Shown in pieces: positions 1 to 8,945 of a stretch of DNA of 60,416 bases (its first letter is position 1; each line of letters opens with the position of its first letter). Source of the stretch: Promethearchaeia archaeon (GTDB taxonomy: Archaea; Asgardarchaeota; Lokiarchaeia; Sigyniarchaeales; SOKP01). A program made the translations under genes and the position numbers. The stretch spans positions 1-60,416 of the forward strand of contig JAWOCD010000102.1 in NCBI GenBank assembly GCA_046483985.1. The letters run 5' to 3'. The notes under the pieces were generated by a model. The model worked only from the letters and a program-made list of their open reading frames with translations. It did not search any database and was not told the origin of the DNA.

Positions 1-882
1 ATTATCTCAAGTCCGAGCCGCACCACTACAATCCCACTCTCGTTTGGAAATACCACTGCATCATATTTCAACGCCACATGGATTTCAAAGAAGATCGATA
101 ATGGGGAATGCATCATCTATGCAAAAGTCTATGATGAATTTAATAATACAGCCATTTCCGAATCAGTAAATATTACCATTTTTAACGATGATATTCCGCC
201 GTCTATCGTATTTACCTCCCCCAAAGACGGAGCGTCCCACACCGAGAATACCGATATCACAATCCATGCCGTATTGAGTGATATTCACCATGACATAGCG
301 AACGCGACTCTGGTCATTGAAACAGAGAAACGGGAGATCCAAAAAATCTATATAAATAAAAGCATAATAAATTTCACGTGGAAACCCACTTTAGGGGAAA
401 GTGGAAATTGTTTTATTCGTATAGAAGCATATGATACGAAGAATAACTTAGGACGATCCGAAGATATTTTCATTTTTATCCAAAAATCATATCTTATGCG
501 AAATACATTAATCCTTTTTTCCATAATTTCGGTAGTAGCAGTTACCATCTTGAATAAATATGCGAAAAAGCTGCTCAGTAATAAAAAAATAATGGATTAT
601 TTCGGAGAGATCGGCGATTTTATTCGAAAGCCCTCGAAAGCAAAATTGAAGAGAATAGATCCCACGGATGTACTTCAGAAGGATAATCAAACCATTGAAG
701 CAGAATTAGACCGAGTAAATGAATTAATACTTGAAAAAAGATATAAAAAAGCCTTTTTGCTATCTGAGTTTCTTTTGCGACACCTCTCTGAGTTTAAAGG
801 AGATGAACGATTAATGGCGGAAATTCAGCTCATCTTAGAGGAAATTATGAAAGACCTCAGAGAAAGATTGGGGAGTAAATAG
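1..882 (+). CDS. C-terminal part of a membrane-anchored surface protein with Ig-like (Big) repeats, one TM helix and a cytoplasmic tail (5'-partial)
   Basis: Frame 1 is open from base 1 (IISSPSRTTT...NDDIPPSIVFTSPKDG...) into the listed ORF 274..882. Ig-like repeat signatures (AKVYDEFNN, IEAYDTKNN), many NxT/S sequons, hydrophobic NTLILFSIISVVAVTIL followed by a basic stretch. Confidence 0.7.
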   Translation: MISSPSRTTTIPLSFGNTTASYFNATWISKKIDNGECIIYAKVYDEFNNTAISESVNITIFNDDIPPSIVFTSPKDGASHTENTDITIHAVLSDIHHDIANATLVIETEKREIQKIYINKSIINFTWKPTLGESGNCFIRIEAYDTKNNLGRSEDIFIFIQKSYLMRNTLILFSIISVVAVTILNKYAKKLLSNKKIMDYFGEIGDFIRKPSKAKLKRIDPTDVLQKDNQTIEAELDRVNELILEKRYKKAFLLSEFLLRHLSEFKGDERLMAEIQLILEEIMKDLRERLGSK

Positions 883-938
883 ACTTTTTAATAATAATAA
901 ATTTATTTTTACAATATCAGATTTTAGTAGAGATTTAT

Positions 939-2237
939 ATGCAAGATTTTCAAAACGAAACATTATTGAATTTGGGAATATCCTCCTCACTCCTCCTTCT
1001 ATCTTTTGTCATTGGGATGTTTTTGCCGACTTTCTGGGTTTTATTACCCATTTTCATAGCGTTTGACAATTTTCTTTTAGTGAGGAAGGGTCGGGGAAAA
1101 TTAACCCAGTTCTCGAAACAAAATCTGCTGATTGTGACATATCTTGCCTTAAATCTTGGTTTTGCTTTTCTTATCGGATATTCCATCCCCCTTATGGAGA
1201 GCCATGGAAAATATAATTTTGCTCTTCTCATGCTTCCCTTATTAGTTCTTTTAAATGTTATCATCCTCAGAAGACATCAGTACTATTGCCAACAGGCTAA
1301 GAAAAAAAGTAAGGAAAAAGAGGAAGAAAAACAAGAACCGAAGAAGGGAAAGTCAGAGAAAAAGAACAAACCCGTTATAGAATTTGAAGGAAAAAAATAC
1401 CAATTCTCTGTAAATTCTCTCGTAATATTGGCTGTTGGAACCCCAATTCTTTCTTATCTCATCTATCTATTGTTTGATCTCCCCCAAAATTATTGGCTTC
1501 ATGAGATCGTGGTCAAACAGACGGCCTACTTCTTGAATCTGTTCTTTGATATGGGTGTAACCGTAAGTTATAACCCGATTGGGATGCAGCATTGGAGTTT
1601 TAATATCCCTGGAAGAGCCAGTATCCATTTTGAAACTTTTTGTACGGGTGTGCAGGCTATTTGTGTTTTTGCGGGATTAATTCTCTGCACGCCTCATAGT
1701 CAAGATGCAGAAACAAATAGAGATATTATTTGGAGAAAAACAAAATCATTGATCGTATCATCGGTGATTTTCTATGTTGTAAATATAATACGGATGTTAA
1801 TCCAATTAGAGTTATACCATCTAGGATATGCTTGGAATGATATTCATTATTCGATAAGTGCGGCAAGCTCTTTTATTGCAGCAATAATCATCTTATTACT
1901 CCATAAATGGATTCCAGAATTCATCATTTCTATCATTTACATCGGAACCCTTATATCACGTGCTATTAATAGGAGAAGGAAGAGAAATTTGATTACATCC
2001 ATAAAAAAAGATGGTAAGATCGAGATGGACCCTCTTAGAAAGTATTTAAGCTTAGAGAAAAAGGGGTATAAAGGAAGAATCAAACAAATAGCAAAACAAT
2101 TTGGCTATCACACTAAAAATGAACAGTTGATCATACCTCAACAAAAAGTGGATATGTTTATTTCCGAATTGGAGGAAGAAAATCCTTTTACTAAAAAAGT
2201 TGAAGAAGAATCAAAGAACCAGAATGAAATTAAATAG
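939..2237 (+). CDS. Exosortase/archaeosortase-family membrane transpeptidase with N-terminal TM extension and soluble C-terminal tail
   Basis: Multi-TM protein with catalytic-triad-like motifs FCTG (Cys), NIIR (Arg) and IHY (His). Confidence 0.8.
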   Translation: MQDFQNETLLNLGISSSLLLLSFVIGMFLPTFWVLLPIFIAFDNFLLVRKGRGKLTQFSKQNLLIVTYLALNLGFAFLIGYSIPLMESHGKYNFALLMLPLLVLLNVIILRRHQYYCQQAKKKSKEKEEEKQEPKKGKSEKKNKPVIEFEGKKYQFSVNSLVILAVGTPILSYLIYLLFDLPQNYWLHEIVVKQTAYFLNLFFDMGVTVSYNPIGMQHWSFNIPGRASIHFETFCTGVQAICVFAGLILCTPHSQDAETNRDIIWRKTKSLIVSSVIFYVVNIIRMLIQLELYHLGYAWNDIHYSISAASSFIAAIIILLLHKWIPEFIISIIYIGTLISRAINRRRKRNLITSIKKDGKIEMDPLRKYLSLEKKGYKGRIKQIAKQFGYHTKNEQLIIPQQKVDMFISELEEENPFTKKVEEESKNQNEIK

Positions 2238-2257
2238 TAAAATAAGTGCTTTCATAT

Positions 2258-3160
2258 ATGGAAACATTCAATAAAGAGCAGAAAATTATGAATATCGGGA
2301 ATGTAACGCTGGGCGGACAGCCCGGTGAGAATCCCACGGCGTTAGTTGCTTCAGTCTTTTACAAAAGTCACAAGGCATTAAAAGATGAAAAAACGGGTGA
2401 GTTTGATAAAGACCGTGTTGAGTCTGAAGTAAATGATTTTTTGGAAATTGTGGATGATATAGGAACTCAAGCTATAATAGATGTCATAGGGGGATATCCT
2501 GAAGCTTTGATCAATGAATGTTCTTTTATTGCGGATTTAGTGGATTGCCCTTTCTTAGTGGACGGATTAAATGATTCCAGTCGAATTCCGGCCATGAAAG
2601 GTCTGGGTGAGTTGGGGTTATTAGATAGAGCAATTTTCAACAGTATCGATAGTAATACTTCCAATGAAGACTTAGCAAAATTAAAGGAATATAATGTCAA
2701 AAATGCGGTTTTGCTTACATTTGGAGGGAGAGCAATATTTCCCAAACAAAAGATCACTCTTCTAAAAGAGAAGTTAATCCCCGCCGCTCAAAAGGCGAAT
2801 ATTGAAAACTCCCTCGTTGATACTGCGGTATTGGATCTTCCTTCGATGAAGGTCAACTCAGTAACTGCTCGATTGGTGAAAGAAGAACTTGGATTACCAG
2901 TGGGATATGCTCCCTCTAATGCAATTTTCGGATGGGATTATGTTAAAAAATATGGAAAAGAAGCCCGATATGCCTCTTTCGCCACAGTGATGGGATCTTG
3001 TATTAATGCAGGATGCGATTTTATCCTTTTCGGTCCGATTAAATTTGCGAAATATATAGTTCCTCCACTGGCCTTAATTGATGGAATCGACTCATATTAT
3101 AGAAAGCGGATACTAAGAGAATCTATTGCGGATAAAAACCCTTTTAAACGGATCTTCTAA
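2258..3160 (+). CDS. mtrH: Tetrahydromethanopterin S-methyltransferase subunit H family (pterin-binding methyltransferase), stand-alone
   Basis: N-terminal FxKEQ..IGNVTLGGQPGENPT motif, PFLVD, NSI, LVDTAVLD, GLPVG.APSN, DFILFGP. Probable ATG at 2258 (ORF track starts at GTG 2246). Confidence 0.85.
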   Translation: METFNKEQKIMNIGNVTLGGQPGENPTALVASVFYKSHKALKDEKTGEFDKDRVESEVNDFLEIVDDIGTQAIIDVIGGYPEALINECSFIADLVDCPFLVDGLNDSSRIPAMKGLGELGLLDRAIFNSIDSNTSNEDLAKLKEYNVKNAVLLTFGGRAIFPKQKITLLKEKLIPAAQKANIENSLVDTAVLDLPSMKVNSVTARLVKEELGLPVGYAPSNAIFGWDYVKKYGKEARYASFATVMGSCINAGCDFILFGPIKFAKYIVPPLALIDGIDSYYRKRILRESIADKNPFKRIF

Positions 3161-3170
3161 AAAGGACATC

Positions 3171-4682
3171 TTAGGCGATATAGCGGATTAAGAGATCTTG
3201 AGTCCGTTCCAAAAAGTTATCCAAATTTTTGTATATTTTTTCTATTATTTCCTCATCGTCTATTAAAAATAATAAAAAGATGGTAAGATTATTTTCAATA
3301 TGTCTCTTTTTTATAATGATGAGATTTGAGGGTGAAATTTTAAAGATTGATTCCTTATTATAACTATCCTTAAAATTCGAATAGAGTTCATAGAGTTTCG
3401 TGAACTGGGGGGCAGTCAATTGGAATACATTCTTGATCTCATGTCCATGACGCTTTAAATTTGCGTCCGTTTTCTCAATTAATTTTTCTGATTCCTCCGT
3501 ATAATAGTCAGCAAGAATTAATCCATCCACACTTAATATTAAAGAAATCAACGCACCAGTTTCCCTTGAAAATTTTTCTAAATTTCTTCTTATTAATTGT
3601 CTGTTTGGACTTAATTTTGAAATGCCCGAGGAAAATGCACGTAATATGGTGGGAACCGAAAAAATACTGGTAACATAGAAATCAACCTTATCTTGAGAGG
3701 TTATTTTCTCAATTTTACCCTTTACTTCTAAAATATTTTGTGTAATTCTCTGAGTATCAATAATATCTGGATCAGCTTTTGTCAGAATGAAAACAATAGG
3801 AGTATCTTGCTCAAGATCTTGATTTTTCTTCTGGATTTTCCGAAGAAATTCAAAACTTTCTTCGAACCGTTGTTCATCATTGATATCAATAAAATAAAAG
3901 ATCAAATCCGAATCGTAAAGATAGATCTGAGCTTTCTTAAGATATTTCTCTCTCAAGTTTTCTTGTCCTCCTAAATCCCAGAGCAAGAAGGTGGCGCCCA
4001 AGGCTCCAATCGTTTTTACATTCATGCCCTTAGTGGGTTTTAATCCTATTAATTTTGAATATTTTTTATCTAATGTAAGCAGAAAGGAGGTTTTTCCAGA
4101 ATTATCTAATCCTGCAAACAACACCTTCATTTTTCGCTGATTGGTAACGGGTAAATAGGGTTTCTCCTCTAATTCTTTTAATTTTTCAAGCAATTCCCTA
4201 AAGATTGGAGTCACTGTTTTTTGATCCGGATATCCATCTTTTATTTGGTTGTTGAGCTCTTTAAAGGTCTCCTTTAGAATCTTTTTATTTCGTTTAATAT
4301 TATTATAGAGAAAATTTCTTTTTTTTTCATGAACTAAGATTGCTAAAGCAGAAGGAACCATTCTTCCATGTTTTTTCGAATATATATACCTGAAATAGGT
4401 GAGCGAGCTCATCTGAAAGTCTGGGTGGGGAATAACAGCGAAATAGTTGAGTGTTTTCTTTTTCTGTTCACTTATCTCTTTATCAGCCACTAAAAGTCCT
4501 AAATTTTTTATAGAGATTTGGACATAATCACGGTAAGTGAATTTGAGATTGTCTTGTTTTGCTTCGGTCTTCTCCTTGTCCGAAACATCGGACGGAAACA
4601 AATATATCGGTTGCGGGCCCAATTTATCATATGCGCTGAATAAAATTGATTTGATAACTGATGTTTCCAATTGTTTTTCCAT
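3171..4682 (-). CDS. Multidomain small GTPase: N-terminal longin/uDENN-like domain, Arf/Rag-like GTPase, C-terminal roadblock-like domain
   Basis: G1 GLDNSGKT, G2 PT, G3 WDLGGQ, G4 TKAD, G5 TSI. N-terminus FSAYDKLGP; C-terminus ALISLILSVDGLILAD. Confidence 0.8.
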   Translation of the reverse strand: MEKQLETSVIKSILFSAYDKLGPQPIYLFPSDVSDKEKTEAKQDNLKFTYRDYVQISIKNLGLLVADKEISEQKKKTLNYFAVIPHPDFQMSSLTYFRYIYSKKHGRMVPSALAILVHEKKRNFLYNNIKRNKKILKETFKELNNQIKDGYPDQKTVTPIFRELLEKLKELEEKPYLPVTNQRKMKVLFAGLDNSGKTSFLLTLDKKYSKLIGLKPTKGMNVKTIGALGATFLLWDLGGQENLREKYLKKAQIYLYDSDLIFYFIDINDEQRFEESFEFLRKIQKKNQDLEQDTPIVFILTKADPDIIDTQRITQNILEVKGKIEKITSQDKVDFYVTSIFSVPTILRAFSSGISKLSPNRQLIRRNLEKFSRETGALISLILSVDGLILADYYTEESEKLIEKTDANLKRHGHEIKNVFQLTAPQFTKLYELYSNFKDSYNKESIFKISPSNLIIIKKRHIENNLTIFLLFLIDDEEIIEKIYKNLDNFLERTQDLLIRYIA

Positions 4683-4789
4683 ATTAATTAGGTCTTTGTT
4701 ATTAGATTTAATAGATTATAATCATTAGCGTAATTTATATTTATTATGTCACAACTTTCTTAATAAATTATGTCTTAGGTTAAATTAAT

Positions 4790-5749
4790 ATGCTCCAAGA
4801 TATTGCTGAATCTATTAGAACAAACAAAAATATTCTGGAAAAAAAAGAAGTTAATCCAATCGTTCAATATATAGACCAAAACTCCTATAAAAGTTCCCGG
4901 ATTTATTCAGATATCGGTGAAGATTCTGCAGCAATAAAGGATGAGGATATGTATGTGTTAATAACCACAGATAGAATCAAAACAAAATTTATTAAGAAAT
5001 ACCCCTTTGGAGCAGGATTTAGTTCTATTTTAGTGGGGATTGATGATATATATTGCTGCGGAGGGACTCCATTAGCCGCCAGTTTAATAGTTTCGTTTAA
5101 GGAAAAAGAAGAGGGACAAAAAATCATCCAAGGAGTTTGTGAAGGTTCCCAGAAATTTCAGATCCCCATCGTCCGCGGGCATACAAATCCAAACAGTCCG
5201 TGTTACGAACTAAGTATTACACTCGTTGGCGAAATTAAAAAGGATATATATATTTCTGCAAAGAACGCCCAGGTAGGTGATTATATTATCTTAGCCGTGG
5301 ATCACGATGGGAAGGTGGCAAGAGCCAGCAAATACTATTGGGATACCACGACCTTTAAGGATTCTGAGCGTATTTTATTTAAGCGGAGGGTTTTAAAAAA
5401 ATTAGCTGAAGAAAAATTAGTGAATGCTTCAAAAGATATTTCCAACGGTGGAATTTTTGGAACCCTCTTACAACTTGCCAAATATTCTAAAGTAGGGGCA
5501 AATGTAAATATAAACAAAATCAAAATTCCCGATACCTTATTAGAACATGGATACAGTTTAAAGGAATACATACGGATGTACTTGACGACTTCCTACATTC
5601 TTACCTCACCCCCAAAAAACTGTAAGCAAGTTATAGAATATTTCAAAGACCACCAAATGAGCGCAAATGTGATTGGCAAAATTATTAAAGATAAGAATCT
5701 ATTAAAAATAAATAACGGAAAAACTTCTATTGATGTTTTAAAATTTTAG
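4790..5749 (+). CDS. AIR synthase/PurM-like family protein (sll0787 / methanogenesis-marker-2-like)
   Basis: GEDSAAI, TTD, DDIYCCGGTP, GHT and KDISNGG motifs of the PurM/ThiL/SelD fold. Confidence 0.75.
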   Translation: MLQDIAESIRTNKNILEKKEVNPIVQYIDQNSYKSSRIYSDIGEDSAAIKDEDMYVLITTDRIKTKFIKKYPFGAGFSSILVGIDDIYCCGGTPLAASLIVSFKEKEEGQKIIQGVCEGSQKFQIPIVRGHTNPNSPCYELSITLVGEIKKDIYISAKNAQVGDYIILAVDHDGKVARASKYYWDTTTFKDSERILFKRRVLKKLAEEKLVNASKDISNGGIFGTLLQLAKYSKVGANVNINKIKIPDTLLEHGYSLKEYIRMYLTTSYILTSPPKNCKQVIEYFKDHQMSANVIGKIIKDKNLLKINNGKTSIDVLKF

Positions 5750-5776
5750 TATCTTCAATATTGAAATGAGTTAAAA

Positions 5777-6538
5777 ATGAAAGGACTTGGTCAAACTACT
5801 AGATCTGTAAAGGCTTTCTTCATATTATCTCTCCTTTTAGTCCCATTTATTTTCCAGATTTTGAGGGATAATGGTCAATTTATATCTTCCCAAGAGGAGA
5901 GATATGAATCAAGTCCAACAAGCAATATTATTCTCTCTGATTCACCAGCCGACAATATGAGTATTAATACCAAACATCCAAGACTTATATGGATTAAAGG
6001 GTCGATGAGATTAGAAATACGATCCAATATTACCGGACAAATCAAATATACCCTCACTGACGCCTCAGGCGGAGAATATTTTAAAATTGAAAATAATGGT
6101 TTTGATTTGGAAGGGAATAATAAAAAAAGCTCATGTAATATTGATATCGACCCCCACTTAATGAGCTTGCCCGGGAAATATGATATCTTTTTGTTAGTAT
6201 CCTATGTAAATGAAACCCAAGATCAATATGAGGAAGTTTATAATATGACCTTTGATGTAATTTTAGGTTTGGGGGATGTATATATATCGCTCTTACTTAT
6301 TATTTTTGGAACAGCAACATTAATAATATTAACGGGAAGAACAGAAATAGAAATGGATCAAGCACAAGGAGCCTCACAAGGTCCAACGCAAGCTCAAGTG
6401 CAGACGGTGGCTGATGCTCCAGAAGGGAAAATTAAATGTCCCCATTGCAAAGAGATAATAGAAGAGGGACTTACTTTCTGTCCCGAATGTGGTCACAGAA
6501 TTGCAGAGTTCCTCAGATATAATCCCAACCAAGAATGA
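5777..6538 (+). CDS. Membrane protein with extracellular domain and C-terminal zinc ribbon
   Basis: N-terminal signal/TM, second TM near aa 165-185, CPHC...CPEC zinc ribbon. Confidence 0.7.
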   Translation: MKGLGQTTRSVKAFFILSLLLVPFIFQILRDNGQFISSQEERYESSPTSNIILSDSPADNMSINTKHPRLIWIKGSMRLEIRSNITGQIKYTLTDASGGEYFKIENNGFDLEGNNKKSSCNIDIDPHLMSLPGKYDIFLLVSYVNETQDQYEEVYNMTFDVILGLGDVYISLLLIIFGTATLIILTGRTEIEMDQAQGASQGPTQAQVQTVADAPEGKIKCPHCKEIIEEGLTFCPECGHRIAEFLRYNPNQE

Positions 6539-6588
6539 GGAATTAATAAAAAATTAGAAAAGAAATTAATAATAGTATTATACAGAAA

Positions 6589-7080
6589 ATGATAAATTTA
6601 GAAGTGAAATTAACCGATAGCCCTGGTAGCCTCGTTGAATTGATCAAACCGATCTCAACAAATGGAGGAAATATTTATGGAATTTACCACCACCATGATA
6701 AAAAAATCAACAATATGATCCCCGTGAATGTCACTTTTGAGTTGCCAAAAAGAATTAAAGATATAAGACTAAAAAAAATTAAGAGCCAGTTAAATGAAAA
6801 AAATATAAAAATTGAAAAAATCACCGTAGATGTAGAAAAACGGCATATCATCATCATTCTAATGGGTCATGTCTTCGACACCGATATTGTAGACACAATT
6901 AATCGCTTGGCAGATAAAGGAATTAATGTTGCAGAACTTCAAGCCAAATTTACTGGGATAAATGAAATTTCTACAGTAAAATTTAGACTGGAATTTCCGG
7001 ATAGAATGAGCCAAAATGATTTACTAAATGAAATGAATAAAATATGTGAAGAAAAAGATCTCTTTCTCATTCGTTCTTAG
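6589..7080 (+). CDS. ACT-domain amino-acid-binding protein (archaeal homoserine dehydrogenase regulator type)
   Basis: DSPGSL..L..I...GGNI..I.H ACT signature and second domain with GHVFDTDIVDTI. Confidence 0.8.
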   Translation: MINLEVKLTDSPGSLVELIKPISTNGGNIYGIYHHHDKKINNMIPVNVTFELPKRIKDIRLKKIKSQLNEKNIKIEKITVDVEKRHIIIILMGHVFDTDIVDTINRLADKGINVAELQAKFTGINEISTVKFRLEFPDRMSQNDLLNEMNKICEEKDLFLIRS

Positions 7081-7112
7081 GATAAAATGGGGTTTTTGGT
7101 AACTGCTAAAAA

Positions 7113-8867
7113 TTAAAGCATACTGGGGGGAGGGGCTTCCAAACAAAAGCCGCATTTGCCAAATTGTTGAATGGTATCTTCCCAACAGTGTTGATGATAG
7201 GCTCTTTCACAATGTGGACATTCAATATAGCACGACTCCCCATCACTTGAAGCGATTGAGAGATGACAAGTAGGACATTCAATCTGATGGCAAATAACAC
7301 AAGATAAAGCCGAAACCTCGAAAATCTTTTTTGAAATCAGATTAAACAAATCCACCAAGTAACTGAATGGAGTCCACTGATTGAAAAAATCCTCAAATGA
7401 GTCTTTTAGATCTGTTTTTATTTTTTCGTGACTTTCTAACTCAAATTTATTAGTTACCTCGATATTGGGAACTTTCATCGGGTATTCCCTGGGGAGTTCG
7501 ATTTCAAAATTAAAAGTAATATCTTGGGATTTCATCTTCCCCTCCATACTGGCTTTTATAATATTTTGAGATGGTACGTATTCTATATCATTATAATCTG
7601 CTTTAAGTAATTCAAGTTCAAAATTAATTCTCGAATTCTTATCAACGAGCCACGAGATTTCTCTGACAATCTCCACAGCGTCTGATTCTTTTTCCTCCCA
7701 ATTCTGATAAGCATTGAGTTCCTCAATCGGCGTATTGATTATTTCTTGAAGCTCAGAGGTCATATCAATCTTAGGAGGGTGTGGATAGGTGATAAGGTCA
7801 ATATCCAAGAGATACTCTTTAAATCCGTAAGTTAAGAGATGAACACGTAGTTGCGTTGCACTATCTTCGATCATATCACATTGGTATTCACCAAGTATCT
7901 TTTTGGACTGTAGGTCAATATCCTTGATAAAATAGAGGTTTTGTTCGATTTCTTGCAGTACATCTACTACATGAGGTTTTTTCTTGGGATTCCATTTCCT
8001 TAAGGTTTCTAATGATTGTTCAGGACTTGGCAAAATTCTTTTTATATTATCCGGAAAGCTTATATGGGGCTTTTTGGGATAATCAGAAAAATCAACCTTA
8101 ATTACAAACGTTTTTGTAAGCGTTACAGTTAAATATACATTGATCTCCCCTAAGGATGTTCCCACTTGATCTATAGCATAATATTTTTGGATTAATCCCA
8201 ATTCCGTATTGATGGCAACACTCGAATGTGGTTTTTCCGTAATTGCGCTTTCCTCTGGGGTAGGTTGAGATTGCGTTTGCGGTTCTGGGGTGAAATATTC
8301 ATTAGGTAAGGTACCACTTGGCTGAGCTTGGCTCTCTGGCTTATTTTGCGGGGGATATTGGTTTTGAGGCTCGGGTGTCACGAATTTATTGGCAATTTCT
8401 TCGTCTTGCGGGGGATATGCATTCAAGTCGGGGGTTATATATTCTTCTGATTCTTCTGATTCTTGAGCAGTTTCAGATTGTGATTTTTCTTGAGGTACCT
8501 TCTCTGGGGATTCTTGTCTCTGGGTGATAGGAACTAAGGCCCCTTCCTCATCGGGTTTTGGTAAATTCAGTGCTTCTTGAATTTTTGCCTTAAGTTCTTG
8601 AACGATTTCCAGCACATGGGAATTAGGGGTCCAACTTAACACACTATTTAATTGGATGTTTCCCAAGAGATCAGACATCGCATTCCCAAATTTTAACTGA
8701 GGGGGGGAATTGGGAAAATTCTCGTTGAACATAATTTCTAACTCATATTTTTGGTCCCCCTTCTCAAAAACATAGCCGTATAAATGGTTTATATTTCCTG
8801 AAACCATCCAAAATTGAAATTTGGATGCAATCTTTTGTGCCTCAGAGAGGATTCGTTCTTTATTCAT
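7113..8867 (-). CDS. Putative E3 ubiquitin ligase: four UBC/UEV/RWD-like folds plus C-terminal C4HC3 RING (FANCL-like architecture)
   Basis: Four [YF]PxxP motifs (FPNSPP, YPKKP, YPHPP, YPMKVP), each followed by a conserved Trp and helix; P/E/Q-rich linker; CPTC...CPHC..YHQHCW...FGKCGFC. Confidence 0.7.
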   Translation of the reverse strand: MNKERILSEAQKIASKFQFWMVSGNINHLYGYVFEKGDQKYELEIMFNENFPNSPPQLKFGNAMSDLLGNIQLNSVLSWTPNSHVLEIVQELKAKIQEALNLPKPDEEGALVPITQRQESPEKVPQEKSQSETAQESEESEEYITPDLNAYPPQDEEIANKFVTPEPQNQYPPQNKPESQAQPSGTLPNEYFTPEPQTQSQPTPEESAITEKPHSSVAINTELGLIQKYYAIDQVGTSLGEINVYLTVTLTKTFVIKVDFSDYPKKPHISFPDNIKRILPSPEQSLETLRKWNPKKKPHVVDVLQEIEQNLYFIKDIDLQSKKILGEYQCDMIEDSATQLRVHLLTYGFKEYLLDIDLITYPHPPKIDMTSELQEIINTPIEELNAYQNWEEKESDAVEIVREISWLVDKNSRINFELELLKADYNDIEYVPSQNIIKASMEGKMKSQDITFNFEIELPREYPMKVPNIEVTNKFELESHEKIKTDLKDSFEDFFNQWTPFSYLVDLFNLISKKIFEVSALSCVICHQIECPTCHLSIASSDGESCYIECPHCERAYHQHCWEDTIQQFGKCGFCLEAPPPSML

Positions 8868-8945
8868 TTAATTCACAAATTTCAAGTAATTCATATTTTT
8901 ATCTTCATTTAATAAATATTCCTATAATTAACATTAACCTTATTC

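Noticed and set aside
2258-5749. Methanogenesis inferred from mtrH and the marker-2-like gene
   Set aside because: No mtrA-G or mcr genes in the window; stand-alone MtrH and PurM-fold proteins occur in non-methanogens.
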